A stretch of DNA of 53,643 nt from a virus (taxonomy: Duplodnaviria > Caudoviricetes), in the IMG/VR virus record IMGVR_UViG_3300042890_000620, positions 1-53,643 of that record. One strand, given 5' to 3'. Below the pieces are notes generated by a model. It worked only from the letters and a program-made list of their open reading frames with translations, made no database searches and was not told the DNA's origin. Shown here piece after piece: positions 25,858 through 35,221 of the stretch. The position numbers and the translations under genes were made by a program. Every line of letters begins with the position of its first letter. Positions within the stretch are counted from its first letter, which is position 1.

Positions 25858-26833
25858 ATGTATTTTGGTCTATTCTTTTATTCTCTACTCTATAATTACC
25901 ATTCTCTTGAACTATCACTCTCGCAAAACCTAAGTTATGTTTGCAGTTGAAAGGGTCGTAATCGGGTGCTAAGGTACATAAACAACCTATTGAGTAAGTT
26001 GTATTTAAATCCCCTTGCAAATTACTCTCACTATGTTCAGAAGTTGTATGACAATGACCGATTAACATTGAACCTTTAATCTTATTATAAACTCCCTTTG
26101 CAGGATTTACCGGACTAAAGAAACCTTTTACAATCATGTGACCATGTGTCACGGGTAGCTTACCTATCATTAAAACACTTGTTTGTGGTATCCAAACTAT
26201 CCCTTTCTCTCTTAGCTTTAACCTTGCTGACAAAGTATAGTATTGGTCATTGAATAGTACGGGTGCTTTTTTCATTAAGTATCTCATGTACCAATTATCA
26301 TGGTTACCCTCTACATAATATATTGGACACTTGAACTCACTTATTAACATATCAAGGAAATCCTCAGCCATTTGAAACCAATCCCTTACATCTGAACTAT
26401 TTGGTGGTGGTGCATCGTGATTAGTAAAAGGTTCGTTATCTAATAAGTCCCCATTTATAACTATGCAATTAATGTTGTTAGCTTTGCCATATTCCAAAGC
26501 CTTACCTAATGCTTTAACATCGTGGTTCGGAAAGTGGATGTCACTAATTATTAAAATATTGTGACACTCTTTCGGTAAGTCTATAAACTTTCTTTTTTCG
26601 CCTTTAGACTTAGCTAAGTTAAATTGAGTTTCAATATCAGGCTTATGGTCTACTACTTTATATTTTAATCTACTTTCACCCTGTGCGCCTGTTACCTTTC
26701 GGACTATTGAGCGTGTGTTTTCGTAGTCACTAAAATAAGTTGGATAAGTTTCTAACAAATAAGTTACTATTGCGTTCTTACTTAATTTTGGAAACTCAGT
26801 CAATGCTTTAATTGCTATATCTTGTTTTTTCAT
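25844..26833 (-). CDS. Calcineurin-like metallophosphoesterase
   Basis: DIH, GDLLD, GNHD, HGH and GHCH metal-binding motifs in order. Confidence 0.9.
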   Translation of the reverse strand: MKKQDIAIKALTEFPKLSKNAIVTYLLETYPTYFSDYENTRSIVRKVTGAQGESRLKYKVVDHKPDIETQFNLAKSKGEKRKFIDLPKECHNILIISDIHFPNHDVKALGKALEYGKANNINCIVINGDLLDNEPFTNHDAPPPNSSDVRDWFQMAEDFLDMLISEFKCPIYYVEGNHDNWYMRYLMKKAPVLFNDQYYTLSARLKLREKGIVWIPQTSVLMIGKLPVTHGHMIVKGFFSPVNPAKGVYNKIKGSMLIGHCHTTSEHSESNLQGDLNTTYSIGCLCTLAPDYDPFNCKHNLGFARVIVQENGNYRVENKRIDQNTYEVY

Positions 26834-26847
26834 AATTTTAATTTAAA

Positions 26848-26912
26848 TGTCAATAAGGGACTCGAACTCTTATTCCAATCTTGTTGGGTGTTACCTATTA
26901 CACTAATTGACA
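26848..26912 (-). ncRNA. tRNA-like RNA with a truncated anticodon arm
   Basis: TGTCAAT TA GTGT AATAGGTA ACAC CCAA CAAGA TTGG AAT AAGAG TTCGAGT CCCTT ATTGACA: 7-bp acceptor stem, 4-bp D stem with GG, T loop TTCGAGT, but only a 4-bp stem and 5-nt loop in the anticodon position. Confidence 0.7.
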
Positions 26913-26921
26913 TCGTTAATA

Positions 26922-26929
26922 CAAAAGTA
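26922..26929 (-). promoter_or_regulatory. Bacteroidota -7 promoter element TACTTTTG
   Basis: TAnnTTTG 9 nt upstream of the tRNA-like element. Confidence 0.6.
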
Positions 26930-27505
26930 CTATTTTATTTTAAAAATCAAAATAGTTTTTTTAAACCAATGTGCCTTATCCTCAATTACTGACCTTGCAT
27001 CTTCGGTTTCCTTTTCCATTAATTCAAATCCCCTCTTTTCAAACTCAGGTATTATCTCGTGATTGTCCAAGCAGTTGACATGACCGAACCCCTCTTGACC
27101 ACGAACCGCCCATGAAGTAATTAAGTATTGTGTGCCATGATAAGTAACATTGTCTAAATAAGTTGCCATGTGCTGAGCAGGTATGTGTTCCCCTACTTCT
27201 AAACTAATTACTAAATGTGATGTTAAATCTACTTCATAGTCTGTTAAATCAGTTGTTAAATCTAATTCACAAATGTTATCATATTTTTTTTCATTAGGTA
27301 TTGAACCCTCAACCCCGATTGCATGATTAACTAATGGACTTAATGCTTTTAAATATTCTCCCAATCCACAACCAAAGTCGGTAACTGAGTCTATATCTTT
27401 TTTAACTATAAACTCACATATCCATTTACTTAATTGTTCTGAGTGGACATGGTGGTGGTGTGCGGTTTCGCCATTCCAATATCCTGTTTTTGATATTTCG
27501 TTCAT
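26930..27505 (-). CDS. Class I SAM-dependent methyltransferase
   Basis: DFGCGLG motif I, SLEVGEHI and GQEG.GHVN. Confidence 0.85.
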   Translation of the reverse strand: MNEISKTGYWNGETAHHHHVHSEQLSKWICEFIVKKDIDSVTDFGCGLGEYLKALSPLVNHAIGVEGSIPNEKKYDNICELDLTTDLTDYEVDLTSHLVISLEVGEHIPAQHMATYLDNVTYHGTQYLITSWAVRGQEGFGHVNCLDNHEIIPEFEKRGFELMEKETEDARSVIEDKAHWFKKTILIFKIK

Positions 27506-28161
27506 AATCTGTTAATATAAATAAACCAACAATCGTTTTCTACTTTGTGAGGTGTGCCAAATACTTCGTTTACTGCTTGATTAACTCCCTCCCATGCCTT
27601 ATAGTCATGCCCTGCCATTATTCCATTAGGTTTAATTTTAGGTAACCAACAATCAATGTCTTTTATAACTGCCTCCCTGCTGTGGCCGGCATCGACGAAT
27701 AAAACATCTACTGACTTATCATCAAAGTATTGTGATGCCTCGTCTGTTAATGATACAATCGTTTTAATCTTATTGCCTATTAAAGATACATTGTAAGTGT
27801 ATGCCTCTTCTATTTCTGAGATACCCTCGTAGGCTTTAACTTCATTTGCATCATTGCTATTAGTTGCACCTTGAAAACTATCAACCGCAAAGAAGTTTAT
27901 ATCCCTTTTTTGTTTGTGGATTTCCACCCCAATAAATGAGGTTGACTTACCCTTGTAACAACCTAACTCTACGAATGTACCACCCTCAGGCGTTGCATCA
28001 AGTAGTTCTAAGTATTGCTGCTCCATATTGAACCACCCCTCAACTAAGTGATAGTAGTGGTCTATCTTTTTAAATCTTTTATTTGTCATAAGTTTCTTTG
28101 TAATATTGTTTAAAGTTTGGATATTTTCTTTTACCCTCATGCTGAAAAGATGCACTCTCAT
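27502..28161 (-). CDS. Class I SAM-dependent methyltransferase (Methyltransf_24-like)
   Basis: VELGCYKGKS, VDSF, FVDAGH and GHDY motifs. True start is probably near 28089. Confidence 0.85.
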   Translation of the reverse strand: MRVHLFSMRVKENIQTLNNITKKLMTNKRFKKIDHYYHLVEGWFNMEQQYLELLDATPEGGTFVELGCYKGKSTSFIGVEIHKQKRDINFFAVDSFQGATNSNDANEVKAYEGISEIEEAYTYNVSLIGNKIKTIVSLTDEASQYFDDKSVDVLFVDAGHSREAVIKDIDCWLPKIKPNGIMAGHDYKAWEGVNQAVNEVFGTPHKVENDCWFIYINRL

Positions 28162-28306
28162 TCCACCAATCTTCCGATGTTTTATCGTGTTGTTCCTTTT
28201 CCATTTTTAACGCTTGTTCTAATATAGAGTGCCAAGTTAGTCTGTCCTTTGGAGTTTCCCAAAGTTTTTCAAATAGCCATTCTGTTGCGGTTGTTTTTGT
28301 ATTCAT
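28079..28306 (-). CDS. Hypothetical phage protein
   Basis: TATEWL...A..MEKEQ...YY.ETY pattern typical of small Bacteroidota phage ORFs. Confidence 0.65.
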   Translation of the reverse strand: MNTKTTATEWLFEKLWETPKDRLTWHSILEQALKMEKEQHDKTSEDWWNESASFQHEGKRKYPNFKQYYKETYDK

Positions 28307-28992
28307 ATTATTTTTGCTAATTGTAAAGTGTTTTTAAATTCCTCTCTTATTCTCCACTCTTCTTGTTCGTAATGGTAACCCCACCTCATTGCCTTATTCT
28401 CCTCTGATAACCTACTTGCATAACTTTTATACTTGTTAACTAATAAGTCAACATTTATAAATTTCATGTGCAATAACTTAGGTCTTACACTCGAAAATAT
28501 TACATCGCCAATCGGTTCAGCGTGGTGGCAACCTGCACCATAGTTAATATCTTTGATGTACTTTTTATTAAAGCAAAGTATCTTATCATATTGAACCGCC
28601 TCTACTCCATGTCTAATATTACATACATCGTCTGTATTATCCACATTGCACATATTATATCCTTTACTCTCAAATAAGGTTTGATTAGTATTTAAGTCCT
28701 CAGGAGTAATATCCAAGAACTCATCTGCATCACATACAATAACCCAATCGGTATCTGCGTGTTTCCAAGCATTATTCTTTATTTTAAGGTAGGTACTATC
28801 GCTTAGTTTGTTTCCTGTATAGTAAGGTATGTAAGTAAGGTTAGTAGTTGATAGGCAAATGTTCTTAGTGCCATCGGTTGACTCGTTATCATACACTACT
28901 ATTTTACAATCGGGAAACCTATCACGATACCATTTGATGAAGTGAGGTAAAATAAACTCTTCGTTATATGTAATTACTATTATGCTTATCAT
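28303..28992 (-). CDS. Glycosyltransferase family 2-like (GT-A)
   Basis: YNEE..L, DNESTDGT and DADEF (DxD) motifs. Confidence 0.9.
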   Translation of the reverse strand: MISIIVITYNEEFILPHFIKWYRDRFPDCKIVVYDNESTDGTKNICLSTTNLTYIPYYTGNKLSDSTYLKIKNNAWKHADTDWVIVCDADEFLDITPEDLNTNQTLFESKGYNMCNVDNTDDVCNIRHGVEAVQYDKILCFNKKYIKDINYGAGCHHAEPIGDVIFSSVRPKLLHMKFINVDLLVNKYKSYASRLSEENKAMRWGYHYEQEEWRIREEFKNTLQLAKII

Positions 28993-29666
28993 AAGTCTAA
29001 AGTACTAATTCTTTTATTGTCAATCCAAACACTTAATAACCTTTCAAGTATAAAGGTGTGAAAGGTATAGTAATCTAATCCCGTTCTTTCTTTCAGTTGC
29101 TCAGGACTTAATCCACTTTGATACTTAGCATCCTTAAATGCTAACTCTGTATATTTACTATCCATTAATTTAATGGCAGTCTTTAACACTTCGATGTACT
29201 CTTTATATACTTTACCTTTAGCAATAAAAAAGTTTCCATATATCGTGTGCTTAGGTTCTTTAACTTCTAAGTTTAACTCTTTGCAAATAACTTTAAACAA
29301 TTTCATAAAACCTTTGTGGTTTTTTTCTGTAAATTCTAAATAAGGTTCGGGAAGTGGCTGACAAATATTTATGATGTCGTATCTCTTAAAGTGTTTTTTA
29401 ACCATTGCATTGTATAAGGTGTTCTTTGTATGTCCTGTTTTGTAATTAAACTTCCATGAAAACACTCCGTAATACTTATCGTCTGAGAAAGACTTTGATA
29501 ACTCAATCATAGGGTTATACTCGAATAAGTAACTTTGTTGCTCTACACTCTTTATATGGCTATTGTCGTACTCTTTTTTAAAGTAATGATGCTGACCTTT
29601 ATCATAAACTATTGATGTCACTTCTACATCTATTAAATCTATTGGTGTGAAGTCTATTGTTTTCAT
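28989..29666 (-). CDS. Glycan-biosynthesis-associated protein (DUF4422-like)
   Basis: GVFSWKF, YGNFFIAK and FILERL motifs; coupled to the GT2 gene. Confidence 0.55.
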   Translation of the reverse strand: MKTIDFTPIDLIDVEVTSIVYDKGQHHYFKKEYDNSHIKSVEQQSYLFEYNPMIELSKSFSDDKYYGVFSWKFNYKTGHTKNTLYNAMVKKHFKRYDIINICQPLPEPYLEFTEKNHKGFMKLFKVICKELNLEVKEPKHTIYGNFFIAKGKVYKEYIEVLKTAIKLMDSKYTELAFKDAKYQSGLSPEQLKERTGLDYYTFHTFILERLLSVWIDNKRISTLDL

Positions 29667-30157
29667 ATCTTATTCTTAAAATAATCTTTTAAATATTGTT
29701 CGTATTCCCTTACTGCCTTGCGAACTTCAAAATAAGGTAGTTTAATTTGCCTCTGTGCCTTTAAAATGTTTCCTTTGTGGGTAATTAAGATGTCATAAAT
29801 GTTAGCCCAATACATTCGTTTAAAATCGTTTTTGTCTTGATTTACTTTCTCGGTCAACTTATCTAAAGCAAATTCAAAATATTCCTTGTATTCAATTTCA
29901 CTCTTTGGGTTTTCAAGTCCAACTAAAGATAAACCACTTACCATTAATGAGTCCTTTTTAATGTTGTTCTTAAATGAATTATAAGCACATTGTATAGAGT
30001 AAGCTATCATGTTTGTGTTTTCTAATTCTGTTTTGTGGATTATTCTTTCAATAACTATTGACCTTAACTCTTCCCAATCTTGACCATATAACTTCTTGCA
30101 TACTTTTATCAGGTCAGGCGAATTATATATTGTCAATATGTTATCATCGGTTAGCAA
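29663..30157 (-). CDS. Putative sigma-factor-like transcription regulator
   Basis: Size and helical layout resemble ECF sigma region 2 plus a C-terminal HTH-like segment; by-eye inference only. Confidence 0.45.
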   Translation of the reverse strand: MLTDDNILTIYNSPDLIKVCKKLYGQDWEELRSIVIERIIHKTELENTNMIAYSIQCAYNSFKNNIKKDSLMVSGLSLVGLENPKSEIEYKEYFEFALDKLTEKVNQDKNDFKRMYWANIYDILITHKGNILKAQRQIKLPYFEVRKAVREYEQYLKDYFKNKI

Positions 30158-30361
30158 CTATTTTAATTGGCTTTTAATAGCTTGTATATTATCGCTTAAT
30201 AGTTTGCCTACAAATAAGTATTTCTTATCTTGTGACACGCTCTCAGGTGCTAATTCATTTATGACTGAGTTAGGGATAGTAATTAATATTTGACCTTTCT
30301 TATCTATCCATTGCATCGGCTTACGACCGCAGTTCTTTTTGTTGTTTACTTTTTTCATCAC
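30158..30361 (-). CDS. Small DNA-binding-like protein
   Basis: GRKP motif followed by a ribbon-helix-like segment; TAGTTTTG promoter at 30366-30373. Confidence 0.5.
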   Translation of the reverse strand: MMKKVNNKKNCGRKPMQWIDKKGQILITIPNSVINELAPESVSQDKKYLFVGKLLSDNIQAIKSQLK

Positions 30362-30404
30362 ATTGCAAAACTAATATATTTAAATTATATTTAATACTTT
30401 TTTA

Positions 30405-30560
30405 TTAACATTGATTACTCAGTTGTATTCTTACCCTCTGTTTAATCTGCATGTAACGTACCCAAAGTTCAAATGATTTGCACTCTTTTACGATGGTTGT
30501 ATTTAACTTAACCACTTCTTTAGGGGTTATTAGTTGTCCGAAAATTGCTGAGTCGCTCAT
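30405..30560 (-). CDS. Small hypothetical protein (51 aa, not in the ORF track)
   Basis: MSDSAIFGQLITPKEVV...; ATGA overlap with the upstream gene. Confidence 0.5.
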   Translation of the reverse strand: MSDSAIFGQLITPKEVVKLNTTIVKECKSFELWVRYMQIKQRVRIQLSNQC

Positions 30561-30799
30561 AATAATTCTATCTCCTTTTTAACTTCATTCCAATATTCAA
30601 TTTCATCATCAAATTTATTCGGCAGTTTATCTTTCTCTAATTCTGTAAAGATGTAATCTATATGTTCAAATATTTCATTAACTGCTATTATAGCTGATTG
30701 CTTGGCAAATACTTTATTTAGTTTGCCTCCATTATAACCACCGCATAATGGTTTATAATTATTTACTAATTGTTCTGCTTTTTCTTTTGGGGTTTTCAT
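30557..30799 (-). CDS. Hypothetical phage protein
   Basis: TPKEKA..L...AKQ.A.IAV.EI...YW.EVK.EI pattern common in Bacteroidota phages. Confidence 0.7.
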   Translation of the reverse strand: MKTPKEKAEQLVNNYKPLCGGYNGGKLNKVFAKQSAIIAVNEIFEHIDYIFTELEKDKLPNKFDDEIEYWNEVKKEIELL

Positions 30800-31245
30800 A
30801 ATTGTATTTTGCTTATTATTTCGTTGTAGTCCTGTCTAAATTGTCTGTCGGTTTTGTGTAAGTCATCAAACTTTTTAAGGGCATATATCACTGTACTATG
30901 GTCTTGGTTACAGATAAAGGTTGCCAATACTTTTAATGATAAGGTAGTATGCTCTCTCATGTACTTGTAGAAAAAGAAACGACCTTGCACAAAGTTGCGC
31001 TCTCTTGAATTGCTCTTGATGTCAATATGATAATACTCATTGATTGTATTGAGAAGTGTATCTGCTAACATATTATAGTCAACAAATATTTTAGCTTTGA
31101 CTTCCTGTTTAGTATCATCATTGTAATGTAATTGACTTAATGCCTTACGATGTACTCTTGCCTCTTGTAATGCTTTGTGATAGCTTTGACGATGGAACTC
31201 TCTCTTCCTATCTAATTGGCTTATTGTGTGTCTATTTGGTGTCAT
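30796..31245 (-). CDS. DnaA C-terminal-like HTH protein
   Basis: SR.R..V..R...Y...LSL......DHSTVIYA motif. Confidence 0.8.
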   Translation of the reverse strand: MTPNRHTISQLDRKREFHRQSYHKALQEARVHRKALSQLHYNDDTKQEVKAKIFVDYNMLADTLLNTINEYYHIDIKSNSRERNFVQGRFFFYKYMREHTTLSLKVLATFICNQDHSTVIYALKKFDDLHKTDRQFRQDYNEIISKIQL

Positions 31246-31511
31246 AATTGTTTTTCTATAAATTGGTGGAATTGTGGATACTGATTTAATCGGTTTTCAA
31301 AGTTCGCCTTTTGCACTTCGTTTAACTTATACATTTGGTTTGCCTCGCCTACATTGTCAAGGATTACTACATCAAGATTAACCGCCTCTACTTTTACTTT
31401 GTTATCTTCTTTGTAGGCTGAAACATATCCGCTTACCTTGTAGGTCATGTGACCTAATGCACAATGTAGGTCTTTTAGTTCTATTACTTTTGTCATAATT
31501 ATTTTACCCAT
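31242..31511 (-). CDS. Hypothetical protein
   Basis: Coupled ORF. Confidence 0.6.
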   Translation of the reverse strand: MGKIIMTKVIELKDLHCALGHMTYKVSGYVSAYKEDNKVKVEAVNLDVVILDNVGEANQMYKLNEVQKANFENRLNQYPQFHQFIEKQL

Positions 31512-31696
31512 TTGTCAATTTGTTTTTTTGCACCTGCAAGTGTTTTAAAATCTTTTGTTAAATTTGCTGAATAGTTTGAATAGTAAGCAGTGAACCAACC
31601 ATTAGTACATTCTAAAATTGTTTTGCCTTTGTAGATAATTTCATTTGTCATAATATTTTTATTAATTGTTGATACAAAGATAGGTTTAGTATCCAT
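31499..31696 (-). CDS. Hypothetical protein
   Basis: Likely start MTNEIIY near 31651, downstream of TATCTTTG at 31675-31682; FKTLAGAK..ID motif. Confidence 0.55.
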   Translation of the reverse strand: MDTKPIFVSTINKNIMTNEIIYKGKTILECTNGWFTAYYSNYSANLTKDFKTLAGAKKQIDKWVK

Positions 31697-31760
31697 ATAA
31701 ACAAGATATTTTTTAAATTATTTTTAAAATAGTCTACAACCCTAATAAATACAAGCATCT

Positions 31761-32393
31761 TCACTTATAAATATTTAATCTTTTTTGATATTTTAACCTT
31801 AATTCTACCCTTTTTTCAGTCGTTCGGGGCAACAATTCTTCTTGATTTAGCATTTTTAATTCTAAAATTACACTTTTTGAGTTCTGAATTGCCTCTTTTA
31901 TTTGCTCTTTTGTTATCTTTAATGTTGGATATTTCCGTTTTTGTTCTAAATATAAGTCATAGATGTTGAGTTTTTCCAACATTTCACGATACTCAAGTAG
32001 GTTTCCACTTAGGTGCTGATTGTCGTGGACTGATTGAGAATACATATTGAATAAATTAAATTGAAGTGCAGGGTTACTTCCTCTCGATGCGAAGTGCCCA
32101 CATTCATCTGTATCTTTATAAGGTCGCCCACTACTTATGCAATTACAACCTTTATCTATTAACCTAACAATCAAGTTTACCTGAGCCTGTAATATCTTTT
32201 TCCAATAATTTAAATTCTCTAACTCCTTTAATTTAGCTTTGTTTTCTTTTCGCTTATTGTTTGCCTCTGTCATCTTTACTTTGGGTAGGTGTATCTTTGA
32301 GTATTCTATTGAGCAGATTGGCGAACACACAACCTGCAATGGTTTTACAGGTGTGTATTGCGCTTTACATATCTTACATAGTTTTAGTTTCAT
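31761..32393 (-). CDS. ninG: NinG/Rap-like recombination endonuclease
   Basis: CKIC...CSPIC, VRLID...CISSG, GHFASRG...L.FN..N and SGNL..Y motifs. Confidence 0.85.
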   Translation of the reverse strand: MKLKLCKICKAQYTPVKPLQVVCSPICSIEYSKIHLPKVKMTEANNKRKENKAKLKELENLNYWKKILQAQVNLIVRLIDKGCNCISSGRPYKDTDECGHFASRGSNPALQFNLFNMYSQSVHDNQHLSGNLLEYREMLEKLNIYDLYLEQKRKYPTLKITKEQIKEAIQNSKSVILELKMLNQEELLPRTTEKRVELRLKYQKRLNIYK

Positions 32394-33172
32394 TAGAATA
32401 GTTTAGGTTGCATATTGTTTAACATTTTAGTTTTTGCAAGTTTAAAAAAATCTTTCTTAATTTCAAAGCCATACGCCTTTCTGTTTTTTTGTATCGCTGC
32501 TCTTAATGTTGAACCACTACCTGCACAAGGGTCTATAACTACATCACCCTTATCTGTAAATATTTCAATTAAGTTTTCTAATACTTTGATTGGTTTTTGA
32601 GTAGGGTGTATTTTTTCAGTTTCGCTATCTCTTACCCAATCCATACAATTAAAAACCATTTTACCATTATTATTAAACTTTGGCAATTTATCACGATAAA
32701 GAATTACGGCATACTCACAATTACCAACTACTCTCATATTTGCTTTTAATACTTGTGCGCTAAAGTTTTTTCTAAAGACTAAATTAATATAGTTATTTAA
32801 GCCGTATTTTTTTGCCTTTTCTATTAACTCAAATTGTTGGTCAAATGCGCAAAATACAATCATACAAGGTGCTTTGCCTGTTTCTTTTGGTTCTTTCATT
32901 AACATAGTTGAGCAAAAATGTAAAAACTCAGTAATTCTAAAGTTTTTATCTGTATCAAAAAACTCTGTACCTGCTAATTCACTTTCGCCATTTTTATTAT
33001 CTCCACCCTCATACCAACTTGGATTTGAGGCGTAAGCATTATTACCTAAATTATAAGGTATATCTGCTATTATTAATTGCGCTTTTGGTATATTATAGCG
33101 TTTGTAATTTTGGAAATGGTCATTATATAACTCAGGTCTAAATTCAAATTGTTGTTTTCTTATTGTATTCAT
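32393..33172 (-). CDS. DNA N6-adenine/N4-cytosine methyltransferase (beta class)
   Basis: DIPY catalytic motif before HPTQKP and DPCAGSGST. Confidence 0.9.
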   Translation of the reverse strand: MNTIRKQQFEFRPELYNDHFQNYKRYNIPKAQLIIADIPYNLGNNAYASNPSWYEGGDNKNGESELAGTEFFDTDKNFRITEFLHFCSTMLMKEPKETGKAPCMIVFCAFDQQFELIEKAKKYGLNNYINLVFRKNFSAQVLKANMRVVGNCEYAVILYRDKLPKFNNNGKMVFNCMDWVRDSETEKIHPTQKPIKVLENLIEIFTDKGDVVIDPCAGSGSTLRAAIQKNRKAYGFEIKKDFFKLAKTKMLNNMQPKLF

Positions 33173-33176
33173 ATTT

Positions 33177-33449
33177 TTAATCTGTATAACTATCTTGTAA
33201 CTGACTAATCAAATCCTCATTAGCTAATTCTGCAATCTCCTCAAATAGTAAACTATCTGCTAAGAAAGGTATTTGCATTTCTATTTTAGTGACCTTGTTG
33301 CTTTGTTTGTAAACTTCTAAATTAGTTACTACTTTGACTATCTCTGCCATTGGTTGCCCATCGTCATCTTTGCCTCGTGTGTAGTAGATTTCACAATCAA
33401 GTTCAATGCAGTCTACAAATTGTTCTGTTAAGTATATTGTTTTTCCCAT
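33177..33449 (-). CDS. Hypothetical acidic protein
   Basis: TATATTTG promoter at 33455-33462. Confidence 0.6.
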   Translation of the reverse strand: MGKTIYLTEQFVDCIELDCEIYYTRGKDDDGQPMAEIVKVVTNLEVYKQSNKVTKIEMQIPFLADSLLFEEIAELANEDLISQLQDSYTD

Positions 33450-33486
33450 GTGTGCAAATATATATTTATTTTTTAAATTCCTATTA

Positions 33487-33834
33487 TTAAATTTTAGATT
33501 TTACATGGTCAATAAACATTTCAAGTTTACTTGCATAGTAATTCTCAAAATCTGCAAATCCCTCGTCTTTAGTTTTCCATGCCACAAATAAAACTGCCCT
33601 TAATCTTTGGGACTTTGACTTTATGTTTTCAAAGTCTGTCTTAATATCCTTAATCATATCCAATTCATTAGATACAAATGGTTCATTCTTAATTGCTAAG
33701 TAACAATGATTGTTAGCTATTGAGAATAACTGCCCCATCTTATCGGGTGTTTCCTCATTAGTCCCAAAAGACAGGACAATAGTCCTATCTTTTCGGGTTT
33801 TAATGTTTTCTAAAATACCACTTAGTAATATCAT
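33487..33834 (-). CDS. Hypothetical protein of the recombination module
   Basis: TRKDRT....GTNE and KSKSQRLRAVLF motifs. Confidence 0.7.
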   Translation of the reverse strand: MILLSGILENIKTRKDRTIVLSFGTNEETPDKMGQLFSIANNHCYLAIKNEPFVSNELDMIKDIKTDFENIKSKSQRLRAVLFVAWKTKDEGFADFENYYASKLEMFIDHVKSKI

Positions 33835-34280
33835 CTTACTTCTATTATTGTTTTACTTGATTTGATTGGTGGGTTTACTGATATGATGTCCCCTGTTTCA
33901 TTGTCTACTATTGTCATTGGTGCTTTAATAGTTTTTAATGTGGTTTCAATCTCTTTCTTTTGTTTTATGATTTCGTTTTCTTTTTCTGATAACTCAATCC
34001 ACTTAGGGTGGTTGCAATTACTAAAGTCATATTTAGCACCTGCCTCCTTTTTCATGTAGGTAAAACCAAACGCCTCCTTATAGATGTTATCAGCATCTAA
34101 ACTCTGAGCGTTTAAGTCTTTCAACTCGGTTAAGTTCTTAATCAATTTAGTTAATGCACCATGTAGCCATTGAGTTTCTATTGAACCCTCTTGCACTTCT
34201 ATGGTTAATTGATTGGTAAAGCTATCAATAGTCTGTCTATCGTTAGCTATTTGTTTTAAAAATGATACTGCCGTTTCCAT
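33831..34280 (-). CDS. Hypothetical protein of the recombination module
   Basis: G.KYDFSNC motif; coupled to erf. Confidence 0.65.
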   Translation of the reverse strand: METAVSFLKQIANDRQTIDSFTNQLTIEVQEGSIETQWLHGALTKLIKNLTELKDLNAQSLDADNIYKEAFGFTYMKKEAGAKYDFSNCNHPKWIELSEKENEIIKQKKEIETTLKTIKAPMTIVDNETGDIISVNPPIKSSKTIIEVR

Positions 34281-34281
34281 A

Positions 34282-34824
34282 TTAAATGATGTTAAAATTT
34301 GATTTTAATTGTGCCTCTACTTCCTTACTTACTTTGTACTTTGTTCTAATGTTCTTAAGTGTAAACTTACTGCCATCTGCAATAGCCTTTTCAATCTCTA
34401 AACATTTAGTTGTTTTCTTACCTTGTTTGTCAAATAGGTTAAGCCATTCGCTTGGCTCGGTTGTACTTGCAGGTGTACTTGATGCCGTGTTTGCATCGTC
34501 ATCTTCTGCCTCAAGTCCTAACAATGATTGAAGAGTATATCGTCTAAAATAAGTTATCTCACTACCTTTTTGCTGAGCGTTTAAATTTGCAGTCAATTCC
34601 AATTCACTTTCTGCAATTACTTTGCCTGTTTCAATATCTATAATTTGACTTATCACTTTGCCCTCTCTTATCGGTTGTAAGAGCATCAATCCATTTTCTG
34701 ATAGGATTGGCTTAACATCATACAAAAGTGAGTTAATATCAAAGTATTTGTTTTTAAAATGAGGATTAACACTATCCTTAGTAATAGGCTTAATCTGATT
34801 AATTGCTTTAGCTAACTTATTCAC
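34282..34824 (-). CDS. erf: ERF family single-strand annealing protein
   Basis: KD..NPHFKNKY and GSEITYFRRYTL..LLGL..EDDDAN ERF signature. Confidence 0.9.
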   Translation of the reverse strand: MNKLAKAINQIKPITKDSVNPHFKNKYFDINSLLYDVKPILSENGLMLLQPIREGKVISQIIDIETGKVIAESELELTANLNAQQKGSEITYFRRYTLQSLLGLEAEDDDANTASSTPASTTEPSEWLNLFDKQGKKTTKCLEIEKAIADGSKFTLKNIRTKYKVSKEVEAQLKSNFNII

Positions 34825-35149
34825 TGATTACCTCCTCTCTATGTAATACTTCTACTTTAGTGTTTTTCTTAATCTCCTCAAGTTTGTGTTGAGCTAACTC
34901 AATACTAAATGCCATTGCTACATAGTTGCTATTCTTGTAAATGTAGTAACCCCATTCTCCGATATTGTTTGAATACTCTCTACGAATTTCGTACACATCT
35001 ACTTTTGCTTTAGGTGTTAAGGTTTCTTTTAACTCAGTTAGTAACTCGATTAAGAAGTCGGGGGTGTAGTTAACCTCAATTTCTTGATTATTGAGGTCAT
35101 TGTTTGCTTTTACTAAAGCCTTGTCGATTAGTTGGATTGTTTGTTGCAT
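34817..35149 (-). CDS. Hypothetical protein
   Basis: First gene after TATATTTG at 35174-35181. Confidence 0.65.
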   Translation of the reverse strand: MQQTIQLIDKALVKANNDLNNQEIEVNYTPDFLIELLTELKETLTPKAKVDVYEIRREYSNNIGEWGYYIYKNSNYVAMAFSIELAQHKLEEIKKNTKVEVLHREEVISE

Positions 35150-35221
35150 ATTGTTTAATTGTTAATACGAGTGCAAATATAATACTTGTTTTTTAATTTC
35201 CTAATATTTTTTAAATTATTT

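Noticed and set aside
26848-26912. Functional decoding tRNA
   Set aside because: The anticodon arm cannot form a 5-bp stem with a 7-nt loop, so no anticodon can be assigned.
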